DNA from: Nanobdellota archaeon | Lineage (GTDB): Archaea; Nanobdellota; Nanobdellia; Woesearchaeales; DATDXC01 | Assembly (NCBI GenBank): GCA_043818675.1 | Contig: JBDRFR010000061.1 | Coordinates: forward strand, 1 to 56,341 | Direction: 5' to 3' | Length of the DNA stretch: 56,341 nucleotides | Part shown: one piece after another, positions 1 to 8,466 of the stretch | Layout of the letters: each line of letters opens with the position of its first letter | Position numbering within the stretch: position 1 is the first letter of the stretch | Program-made: the position numbers and the translations under genes | Notes under the pieces: generated by a model | Databases searched by the model: none | Seen by the model: the letters and a program-made list of their open reading frames with translations, nothing else | What the model was told of the DNA's origin: nothing

Positions 1-721
1 TACGAAAACAATTGTAAGCGCATTTACACTTAAACATAAAATTAATCCAATTATTTCTTGTATCAATTTTCATAGAAATTCACCTCGAAAGTTTTTTATA
101 GCTAAAGCTAGAAAGAGATAATTGCTAGAAGCCAGATCATATCTGCTTGGCTTTGTCACCTTTGACCGTTAACGCTGTACTAACAGTGTCCAAACGGTGG
201 CTTTATGATTGTGGTCTGCTTCTTGCTTTTTCTTAAAAGCATAGAGCCTAAGAATTCTATTGGATTTCATCTGAGAAAAATCTTACGATTTTTCTAGGCC
301 AATTCATCTGCGGGTCTTTCAGACCGCGCAGTATTCTTGACCGGAAATAATTTATGCTTAAACATATTTTTAAATCCTTTCCTCATCATATAACCCATGT
401 CTGACAGTTAAAAATTAAAGTGTTCTTAATTTGGAATGTTCTACCATGAAACAAACTAAATTAAGAACGAACAAAATAAAATATAATTAGGCATCACCTA
501 TCCCAACCGCAGCAAGCTGCGGGGTATTAAACCCAAATAGGAATAAATTTGTGGGTATTCTGCCTAACTTTTTATGAAAAACAAAACTGTTTCTTATAAC
601 TTTATATTCATAAACTAAAAAAGTGCATTAGAAAGGGATACGATATTCAATTGTGTTTAAGTTCTAAAAAGAGTAGAGTTCAGTTATTACACACAAATAC
701 AAGCAACTTTTCAAATAACAA

Positions 722-1014
722 TCAAGATAACGCTTTACGCACAGCTAAATCTGAAAGGTAAGTAGCAAAAGAAAAATCTGAAATAGACCTCGCGATTCCA
801 ATAAGAAGGCCATCATCCATGCTGTTATTACAAGATTAGCTTCTTTTATCATCTTACTAAAGGTTGGCCTGTCAGATATAGGTCTTCGTTCTCCCAGTCC
901 AGAATCTTTGTAAAGAGCAATTACCTCATCCAATTTCAAATCATTTCCTATTTTATATTTAATCATTTTATTTGCTAAGGTTTGCTTATTAATAAATTTA
1001 ACTGAACTTACCAA
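722..1014 (-). pseudogene. GNAT-family N-acetyltransferase remnant (frameshifted, truncated)
   Basis: ORF 745..1014 reads ...LDEVIALYKDSGLGERRPISDRPTFSKMIKEANLVITAW and then degenerates. Restoring one G in the GG run near 818-820 gives ITAW-DDGLLIGIARSISDFSFATYLSDLAVRKA, a typical GNAT core. That frame stops at 722-724, before the acetyl-CoA-binding loop. Confidence 0.6.
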
Positions 1015-1133
1015 ATATTATTTTAATTGAAGGCAGTTGAAGTTTATATTAAAGAGAAATTTGTGCTTGATAGAATAGGATTAACAGATGTATAAAATAA
1101 ATCCAATATGATAAGGTTTATAATCTCATCAGT

Positions 1134-2261
1134 ATGACCTATCAAGTAATGGAAGAAAAAATAAAAAAGAGGTTTGTGATATATAGTGGAATAGGTGGAA
1201 TTTTCAGCATATTAATTGGGTGTTACTTATGGTTTGGATGCAAGGATTACTGCGTCCATTTATTTATTTCTAATTATTCTTCAATTGTCCAGGGCTTTTT
1301 AACATATATAAAAAAGGCTTTAATAATATTATTCATGTTTGTCTTTTTTAAGACAATTCAGTTGGTGTTTATCAGGAATATTCTAAGAAAAATAATGCAA
1401 AAGATAGGCACTATTGAACGCTACAACAGCATATCCAAAATCACAAATTTTGGCTTATGGACTATTTTTGTGTTCATGGCTTTTTCAACCTTGATTGGGA
1501 ATATTACTGCATTAATAGCATCTTTGGGCCTTGTTGGATTTGGCTTAACTTTTGCATTACAAAAGCCAATCCTAAATTTTGTCGGGTGGCTTACGATCAT
1601 CTTCAAAGATATATATCATGAAGGAGACAGAATTAAGATAAATAATGTAATCGGAGATGTAAAAGAAATACAGATAATGAACACTATTGTCGAAGGCTTA
1701 TTAGAATCATCTGATGTTCTGAGCGGCAAGACAATCTCTTTTCCAAATGAGCTGATATTATCCACAGATGTGCAAAATTACACTAAAGACAGCAACTACA
1801 TAGTTAATGAACTTTCAATATCAATCACCTATGAGAGTGATTATCACAAAGCGATGAATATATTAAGAGAGATAATAATTACCCAGGTGACAAAAAATAA
1901 ACAGAAATATATTAAGAAGCTTACAAAACAAAAGATGCAATTAAATGGGATGATAACTCGATGGCTCGACCCGAATAAGACTTCCAAAGAAGAGGATGAA
2001 AAAAAAGAAGAGCTTGAGATTGAAAGGATTAAACATGAGAAGGAAAGCTTAGAAAATGACCTTAAATCCATAGGAGCAGAGTTCATCCCGCTTATCAGAA
2101 TAGAGATGCTTGACTCAGCAATTCAACTGATTGCACAATTTAAGTCACCGTATAATGAGATTAAGGAAAATAGAACAGTAATCAATATTGCATTTTTGGA
2201 TGCCATTAAGAAAGAAACAAATATTGAAGTAGCTTATCCCCATATGCAGCTTGTGAAATAA
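1134..2261 (+). CDS. Small-conductance mechanosensitive channel (MscS family) protein
   Basis: 375-aa ORF with N-terminal TM helices. The pore-helix/beta-domain signature LGLVGFGLTFALQKPILNFVGWLTIIFKDIYHEGDRIKINNVIGDVKEIQIMNTIVEG is typical of MscS-like channels. Confidence 0.8.
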   Translation: MTYQVMEEKIKKRFVIYSGIGGIFSILIGCYLWFGCKDYCVHLFISNYSSIVQGFLTYIKKALIILFMFVFFKTIQLVFIRNILRKIMQKIGTIERYNSISKITNFGLWTIFVFMAFSTLIGNITALIASLGLVGFGLTFALQKPILNFVGWLTIIFKDIYHEGDRIKINNVIGDVKEIQIMNTIVEGLLESSDVLSGKTISFPNELILSTDVQNYTKDSNYIVNELSISITYESDYHKAMNILREIIITQVTKNKQKYIKKLTKQKMQLNGMITRWLDPNKTSKEEDEKKEELEIERIKHEKESLENDLKSIGAEFIPLIRIEMLDSAIQLIAQFKSPYNEIKENRTVINIAFLDAIKKETNIEVAYPHMQLVK

Positions 2262-2396
2262 TAACACCTGTTTCTCTGCCTATTTTTTATCAGAAGAAGA
2301 AAATTGCCCATGATATCCAGCTGTATTGGACGTAGAAACCGGATAAAACGCCGGAAAATCATATACTAACAACAGGATATGTTGATAAGGATATAA

Positions 2397-2741
2397 ATGC
2401 TTATATATACAGAGTTTCAAATCAATATTAAGGTGGCAAACTTACCAAAACACCCGGTTACTATATTGGAAAATGGAGATATAATCCATATTCACCTTGA
2501 CTCAATTATTTCTTCGGGAAGTACAAATAACGATTTTGTAAGATGCAATAGAACTGATCCTGAAGGGATCCGCTGCACTGGCGTTGTCCGCGTAACTCCA
2601 AGGGATATAGAATATTACAGAAGAGAAAGAGGTGTTCCTTTAGAATGTGGAACCTGCGGCTGGATATCTAATATCATGAATAAAGGAGAAGGTGCGCTGA
2701 TTCCGCCGGTATACCATGATAATCGCGAGTATTATGATTAG
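2397..2741 (+). CDS. Hypothetical protein (114 aa)
   Basis: Intact ORF in an intergenic gap. I recognise no family. It has a Cys pair, CGTCGW. Confidence 0.35.
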   Translation: MLIYTEFQINIKVANLPKHPVTILENGDIIHIHLDSIISSGSTNNDFVRCNRTDPEGIRCTGVVRVTPRDIEYYRRERGVPLECGTCGWISNIMNKGEGALIPPVYHDNREYYD

Positions 2742-2868
2742 GATTCTGCTGATGGCATTTTAGCACTTATGTTTTGGATGGGCTAATTAGATGGATGATC
2801 AATAGTATAATTTGTCTGAGTGAGCGTCAAGCAGTTATTTTAGAAATGATTGAACTACAGACGACTAA

Positions 2869-3984
2869 TCAGGCTGCTTTTTTTACAGGCGCAAACGAGC
2901 CTGTGCCCTGCGATATCTTTTGGTAGGCTTGTGATGAAAGCGCTACTTCACCTGCTTTTTCGCTAGGATTAAACCTGATATTCTGTGATTGATTATCCTG
3001 AACCATAGAAGAGCTTTTTCCTTGTTCGTATTGAACACTGCCGATCACTTTATAGGCACCGCTTCCTGGCACAACTGAAAATAGCAATGAATCTCTTGGC
3101 AGGATTTTTGGGTCGCCCTGAGGCGGCTCAGGACCGCTTTGGTTCAAGATATACTTCTCAACACGCTCCTTATGACCTGTGAAATAATCATTATATGAGT
3201 CACTCTTTGGTTTACTGTTATAGTTGTCCTGTTTTAAAGGCTGTAATATTCCGGGCTTTGACCTCTTGACAACCAGCTCTAACCTGCAGGGGTTTGACGC
3301 TGAGTTTGCATTATTATCCTTAAGATTTTGTTTTTCAAGATAGCAAGCGCCTTGTTTAAGTTCGTTTGCCTGTTTTTTTACTGCCTGAGCTACATAGTTG
3401 CTGTTTAACGGATCAGTTGATGCGGATTTTAAGACGCTGCCGTATTGGTTCACAGTAGCAGCATAACCTCCAGTATCCTGGGTGCTGCTTTGAGCAACAG
3501 CATAACCATTACCAGAAAAGACTGTGTAGCTTTTTTGCCCTTTAGCACCAGCTGACCAATAACTTATATGGAGCTGTTCTGGATCACCTGAATAACTAAT
3601 GGTTAAACTGTAAGGAGTCGTATCTTTTGAATCTTTTTGTTTTCTGATCTGAAAACATTGTCCGCTATCGTAACCGACATTCAATACTTCCTCATGCTCA
3701 TTTTCATGATAATCAATAATAATAGAAGCAGGCTTGTTTTCTTTTCTGTCAGTTACTATATCAAAGGTAAAATTTTGACCATTAAGTTGGAGTTCTGTTA
3801 GTATCTGCTCAAAAAAGTCAAGATTATCTCCCCTATCACTTCTAATTTTTTCCTTATGAATTTTTTCTTCTAGTACATCTGCTTTTTTTTTAGCAGATTT
3901 TCTGACAGTATCCCTAATTAAAACTAATTTCTGGATTATTTTTTTACAGTCTGCTATCCTGGCAATAGTCGATTCTAAGCTCAT
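2869..3984 (-). CDS. Hypothetical protein (371 aa)
   Basis: Long intact ORF with an N-terminal coiled-coil-like region and a Ser/Gln/Asn-rich remainder. No recognisable motif. Confidence 0.5.
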   Translation of the reverse strand: MSLESTIARIADCKKIIQKLVLIRDTVRKSAKKKADVLEEKIHKEKIRSDRGDNLDFFEQILTELQLNGQNFTFDIVTDRKENKPASIIIDYHENEHEEVLNVGYDSGQCFQIRKQKDSKDTTPYSLTISYSGDPEQLHISYWSAGAKGQKSYTVFSGNGYAVAQSSTQDTGGYAATVNQYGSVLKSASTDPLNSNYVAQAVKKQANELKQGACYLEKQNLKDNNANSASNPCRLELVVKRSKPGILQPLKQDNYNSKPKSDSYNDYFTGHKERVEKYILNQSGPEPPQGDPKILPRDSLLFSVVPGSGAYKVIGSVQYEQGKSSSMVQDNQSQNIRFNPSEKAGEVALSSQAYQKISQGTGSFAPVKKAA

Positions 3985-4100
3985 TATGTGAGGATAGATA
4001 GCTGCATCATATATAAAATTTGTGGTTTTGTAACTACCCGTAAGTCAGGATTATATAAAATAATAATGTTTTTAAATAAACTTGGTATTCTCTTCAACTG

Positions 4101-6152
4101 GTGATAAAATTCAAAAAAATCGTAACGTCAGCATTACCGTACGCAAATGGAAGCCTGCACTGCGGACACCTAGTAGAGTATATTCAAACAGATATTTATG
4201 TTAGATTTCTAAGGCTGATCGGAGAAGATGTTGTATATTGCTGCGCAGATGACACGCACGGAGCGCCTATTGCAATAAAAGCTGAACAGCTGAAAATTAA
4301 GCCTGAAGAACTAATCGCCAAGTACAACAAAGAACACCTTGAAGATTTTAGTGACTTTCTGATAAAATTTGATTCTTATTATACAACAAACAGCAAAGAA
4401 AACAAATATTTTTCTGACTTAATATTTGAAAGGCTAAACAAGAAAGGCTATATCTATACTAAAGAGGTAGAGATTACTTTCTGTGAAAAATGCAGCAGAA
4501 GCCTACCTGATCGGTATGTTAAAGGCAAATGCCCTAAATGCAATGAAGCTGACCAGTACGGTGATGTGTGCGAAAAATGCAACGCTACATACAACACAAC
4601 AGACCTTATCAATCCATATTGCATAATCTGCAAGAATGAGCCTGTACGAAAAATGTCTAAGCATTACTTTTTCAGATTGAGCGCGTTTTCTGATAAACTG
4701 AAAAAATGGCTGACGAATAAGAATATGCAGCCGGAAATCGTCAATTATGTTTCAAACTGGATAAAAGAGGGATTACAGGATTGGGACATATCACGTGACG
4801 GGCCTTATTTTGGGTTTAAAATACCTGGAGAAGAAGATAAGTATTATTACGTTTGGCTTGATGCGCCAATAGGGTATATCTCGTCATTCTGCAATACAGT
4901 TAATCTGGACGTTAAAAAAGCAGAGACGGATTGGAACAAAAGCGAGATAGTGCATTTCATAGGAAAAGATATAATATATTTTCATTTTTTGTTCTGGCCT
5001 GCGGTGCTGATTGCGGCAGACTTTAAAGTGCCGGATAAAATCGTGGTGCACGGCTTTTTGACAGTAAGCGGCCAAAAAATGTCAAAATCCAGAGGTACAT
5101 TTTATACTGCCAGAGATTTTATAAAAAAGTTTGAGCCTGAATATCTAAGATATTATTATGCTAAAGTGTTGTCAAAAAAAATGTCAGATATTAACCTGGA
5201 CTTTGATGATTTTTCGGATGGCATTAATAATGAGCTTGTTGCAAACATCGGCAATTTTTGTTATAGGTCAATATCTTTTACAAACAAATTTTTTGATGGA
5301 GAAATCAAAGAAATTGACGATGAATTAATAACTGAGATAAACAGAAGAATAGAAAAAATTAAGGCTTTCTATGAAGATTTTAATAGTAACGATGTTGTAA
5401 GAAATATCCTTATCATATCATCTCTTGGAAATAAATACTTCCAAGACAATGAGCCATGGAAAATTGTCAAAACTGATAAAGAAAAAGCGCATAAAGTGCT
5501 TGGGCTGTGCATCAATATTGTAAAAAACCTGTCAATCCTTATACAGCCGATACTGCCAAGGTTTGCAGAAGAGCTGCAAAAACAGTTAAACTTAAAAAAT
5601 CTTAAATGGAAAGACTTAGGCTTTGATTTTACAGGTAGAATACGCAAAGAAAAGATACTGATACAAAAAATTGAAAAAGAAGAGAAATCCGAAGTAGTCC
5701 CGCTTGACCTGAAAGTGGGAGAAATAATTCAGGTGGATGACCATCCAGATGCTGATAAGCTGTATGTTATGCAAACAGATATTGGAACAGAAAAAAGGCA
5801 GATTGTTGCAGGCATAAAACCATATTATAAAAAGGAAGAACTGCTTGGCAAAAAGGTAATAATTGTCACAAACTTAAAACCTGCAAAGTTAAGAGGAAAA
5901 GAAAGCCAGGGAATGCTGCTTGCAGTGGATTCAGATGATGATTGCGGAGTGTTGTACGCTGAAAAATCAAAACCGGGCGAGCAGGCTGCTTTTGACGGGC
6001 TTACTATAGGAAGGGAACAGATAACATACGAGCAATTCAGTAAAATAAAAATAACAGCTGAAAAAGGCAAGGTTAAGTTTAAAGGCAAAATCTTAAAGAC
6101 TGGTTCTGAGGATGTTTTGATCGATAAGATAAGTTCTGGCAAAGTGTGTTGA
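4101..6152 (+). CDS. metG: Methionine--tRNA ligase with C-terminal Trbp111/EMAP-like tRNA-binding domain
   Basis: HIGH-type motif (LHCGHLVEY), KMSKS motif (GQKMSKSRGTF), Zn knuckles (CEKC...CPKC...CEKC...CIIC) and a C-terminal OB domain (LDLKVGEIIQVDDHPDADKLYVMQTDIG...GMLLA). GTG start. Confidence 0.95.
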   Translation: MIKFKKIVTSALPYANGSLHCGHLVEYIQTDIYVRFLRLIGEDVVYCCADDTHGAPIAIKAEQLKIKPEELIAKYNKEHLEDFSDFLIKFDSYYTTNSKENKYFSDLIFERLNKKGYIYTKEVEITFCEKCSRSLPDRYVKGKCPKCNEADQYGDVCEKCNATYNTTDLINPYCIICKNEPVRKMSKHYFFRLSAFSDKLKKWLTNKNMQPEIVNYVSNWIKEGLQDWDISRDGPYFGFKIPGEEDKYYYVWLDAPIGYISSFCNTVNLDVKKAETDWNKSEIVHFIGKDIIYFHFLFWPAVLIAADFKVPDKIVVHGFLTVSGQKMSKSRGTFYTARDFIKKFEPEYLRYYYAKVLSKKMSDINLDFDDFSDGINNELVANIGNFCYRSISFTNKFFDGEIKEIDDELITEINRRIEKIKAFYEDFNSNDVVRNILIISSLGNKYFQDNEPWKIVKTDKEKAHKVLGLCINIVKNLSILIQPILPRFAEELQKQLNLKNLKWKDLGFDFTGRIRKEKILIQKIEKEEKSEVVPLDLKVGEIIQVDDHPDADKLYVMQTDIGTEKRQIVAGIKPYYKKEELLGKKVIIVTNLKPAKLRGKESQGMLLAVDSDDDCGVLYAEKSKPGEQAAFDGLTIGREQITYEQFSKIKITAEKGKVKFKGKILKTGSEDVLIDKISSGKVC

Positions 6153-6430
6153 GAGGATACATTTGCATATTGAACTGAAGTTATATTCTATTCAAAATTA
6201 CATCAACGATAAGGGACAGATAGACTGCGACAGGTTATTAATAAACAAAAAATCTGATAATTTTCCTTAACTCGGCAATCAAAGAGATAACTAAAAATTA
6301 TACAATTTATCCTTGGTAGCTTGACCCTTACAAGTTATGACTCTTAATCAACTATAAGAGATATGATTCAAAAACAGCCCGATTGGATCACACTGGCTGT
6401 CCAGACATTATAAGGATGGCATTTTATAGA

Positions 6431-6466
6431 AAGCTTTATAAATAACTAATTACTTACATAAGTAAT
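6431..6466 (+). promoter_or_regulatory. BRE/TATA-like box plus 8-bp-arm palindromic operator upstream of the MNT/HEPN pair
   Basis: AAGCTTTATAAATA at 6431-6444, about 25 nt upstream of the ATG at 6467. A perfect palindrome ATTACTTA-ca-TAAGTAAT at 6449-6466 lies between the TATA box and the start codon. Confidence 0.5.
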
Positions 6467-7027
6467 ATGTTACTAGATAAACAGATAAAGATTTTTGAAG
6501 AGTTTTTAAGAGATTACCGTGCTCAGCTAACGGGCAGTTTTATCGCAAAAAAGAAAGGTTTAAACCAAAAAACCGCTGCAAATTACCTAAACAAGCTTGA
6601 AAAAGAAACCATACTCAAAAGCAAAACACAAGGAAAAAATAAGCTGTATACCCTTAATCTGGATAACAAAGAGATAGTCAGAAACTTTATTATTGCTGCA
6701 GAGCATTTTAGAACAATAGATTTCTACAAAAAAAATGTATTGATAAGAGAAATATCAGAAAAAATAATCCTGTTTATCAAAGGATCAGCAATAATTTTTG
6801 GAAGCTATGCAAAAAACATGCAAAAGAGACACTCTGATTTAGATATAATAGTTATCGGAAAGGCGGATGAAGATGAGATAAGCGCCCTTGCAAGGATATA
6901 TAAGATAGAAATTAGCCTTAAAATCTATCCAAAATTCAAAAATGACATATTAATGACAGAAGTTCTAAAAGATCATATAGTCATAAAAAATGCAGAAGAG
7001 TTTATTGGAGATGTACTAAATGGATAA
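6467..7027 (+). CDS. wHTH + minimal nucleotidyltransferase (MNT-type antitoxin-like) protein
   Basis: The N-terminal wHTH-like region (GLNQKTAANYLNKLEKETIL) is followed by the NTase motif GSAIIFGSYAKNMQKRHSDLDIIVIG. It overlaps the downstream HEPN gene by 8 nt. Confidence 0.75.
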   Translation: MLLDKQIKIFEEFLRDYRAQLTGSFIAKKKGLNQKTAANYLNKLEKETILKSKTQGKNKLYTLNLDNKEIVRNFIIAAEHFRTIDFYKKNVLIREISEKIILFIKGSAIIFGSYAKNMQKRHSDLDIIVIGKADEDEISALARIYKIEISLKIYPKFKNDILMTEVLKDHIVIKNAEEFIGDVLNG

Positions 7028-7493
7028 GATTAAATGGTGCTTCCGGGCAAAAAACGGTATAGAACTAATTGAGACAAATGAAAACCTCATAAAAGCATAC
7101 ATAAGAAAGGCAGAAGATTCATTAAGAGCGGCAACATCATTAAAAGATAATAAAGACTGGGAAATATCCTCATCATATTATGCGATGTATTTTTCACTAT
7201 ATGCGATATTAATGAAGGTCGGAATAAAATGCGAGATCCATTCCTGTACAATCAGTTTCATGAAAAATTTCCTAAATGATTACTTTACAGATGAAGAAAC
7301 AAACTTAATTGACAAATCCCAAAAAGCGAGAATAGATGCCCAATACTATTCAGACAGAAATATATCTGACGAGTTGTACAGGAGGATTACAGATAATACT
7401 TCTTTGTTCATAGCAAAGTGTAAGAATATACTAAACGAATTAAACGAAAAAGAGATTGAAAATTTAAGAGAGAGATTAAAGAATTGTAGATAA
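7020..7493 (+). CDS. HEPN domain protein (toxin-like partner of the MNT)
   Basis: 157-aa all-helical ORF with the AYIRKAEDSLRAATSL start typical of HEPN, and an R-x4-Y/H-like region RIDAQYYSDR. It is translationally coupled to the NTase gene. Confidence 0.65.
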   Translation: MDKIKWCFRAKNGIELIETNENLIKAYIRKAEDSLRAATSLKDNKDWEISSSYYAMYFSLYAILMKVGIKCEIHSCTISFMKNFLNDYFTDEETNLIDKSQKARIDAQYYSDRNISDELYRRITDNTSLFIAKCKNILNELNEKEIENLRERLKNCR

Positions 7494-7808
7494 TTACCAA
7501 TTGAAATCTCAGTAAAGGCTTTCTGGACGGGCATTAGTGCAAGCATCAAACAACGTATGGTAATTTCTTTAATGAATATTTAAGATACCCCAATTCGCAG
7601 CTGTTTAAGATTTTGTGTTACAGCAACACCCCAAACATACATGAAAGCAGGATGATTATTTTCTTTGAGAGGTTTATTTAAGAATATAGATGATTGCTTT
7701 GCCATTAATGTTTGCCATCAGAGCAGAAAATCCACTTTCTTTTAATTAAAGAAGATTACAATCTAGGAAAGGATTATCCGAATATACAAATATATGTTGG
7801 CAGAGGAG

Positions 7809-7920
7809 ATTATGTTATTTATTACATAATTATATTATATATAACATATTATCTATTCAATAGATTATTGTTTAGGTAATATATTACATAATTATGTTAT
7901 ATATTACAGAAAAGTTTATA
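7809..7920 (+). promoter_or_regulatory. Promoter/operator region of module A
   Basis: Direct repeats ATTACATAATTAT at 7821-7833 and 7884-7896. ATTATGTTAT at 7809-7818 and 7891-7900. Central perfect palindrome ATCTATT-c-AATAGAT at 7851-7865. AAAGTTTATAAATA box at about 7911-7924, roughly 25 nt before the ATG at 7946. Confidence 0.45.
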
Positions 7921-7945
7921 AATAATAAAACTAAAATGGCTATTA

Positions 7946-8215
7946 ATGCAGGAAGATAAGCTCAAACACTATGTTCTAATCAGTTACAGCCTTGCAAAGC
8001 TATCACAAAAAGAGAAAGTGAAGCATATCAGAAAACTGTTCGGATATAAGAATATAAAATCGAAAACTTATACGCATAAAGGGCTAATAGACGAAACAAA
8101 CGCAAAAAAGATAGCGCAGAATGTCATACTGGTGCCGTTTGAAAACTCGATAGTGATCTCTAATTTTTTCAAGGATATAGATACAGAGGTTAAAGAAGTA
8201 TGGCTAAAGGATTAA
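7946..8215 (+). CDS. Small conserved protein, tandem copy 1 (89 aa)
   Basis: Intact ORF. Its C-terminal roughly 70 aa are nearly identical to copy 2 (QKEKVKHIRKLFGYKNIKSKTYTHKGLIDETNAKKIAQNVILVPFENSIVISNFFKDIDTEVKEVWLK). Confidence 0.6.
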   Translation: MQEDKLKHYVLISYSLAKLSQKEKVKHIRKLFGYKNIKSKTYTHKGLIDETNAKKIAQNVILVPFENSIVISNFFKDIDTEVKEVWLKD

Positions 8216-8466
8216 AACATTATGCAATGTTTGTATACAATTTTTCAAGAAGATCACAGAAAGAGAAAGTGAAGTATATCAGAAAACTGTTAGGATATAA
8301 GAATATAAAATCGAAAACTTATATGCATAAAGGGTTAATAGACGAAACTAACGCGAAAAAAATTGCGCAGAATGTAATACTGGTGCCGTTTGAAAACTCG
8401 ATAGTGATCTCTAATTTTTTCAAGGATATAGATACTGAGGTTAAAGAAGTATGGCTAAAGGAATGA
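8200..8466 (+). CDS. Small conserved protein, tandem copy 2 (88 aa)
   Basis: Paralog of 7946..8215. It starts at the ATGGCTAAAGGA motif embedded in the 3' end of copy 1, and the same motif at 8451 starts the giant gene. Confidence 0.6.
   Translation: MAKGLKHYAMFVYNFSRRSQKEKVKYIRKLLGYKNIKSKTYMHKGLIDETNAKKIAQNVILVPFENSIVISNFFKDIDTEVKEVWLKE

Noticed and set aside
1-73. A partial minus-strand ORF starting at 73 (MKIDTRNNWINFMFKCK...) and running off the window
   Set aside because: Only 24 codons are visible and there is no recognisable motif. That is not enough to call a gene.
480-556. A possible tRNA-sized element (GGCATCACC...GGGTATTCTGCC, about 75 nt)
   Set aside because: It has no T-loop (GTTCRANYC) or D-loop consensus and no cloverleaf can be drawn. 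It is only a local hairpin.
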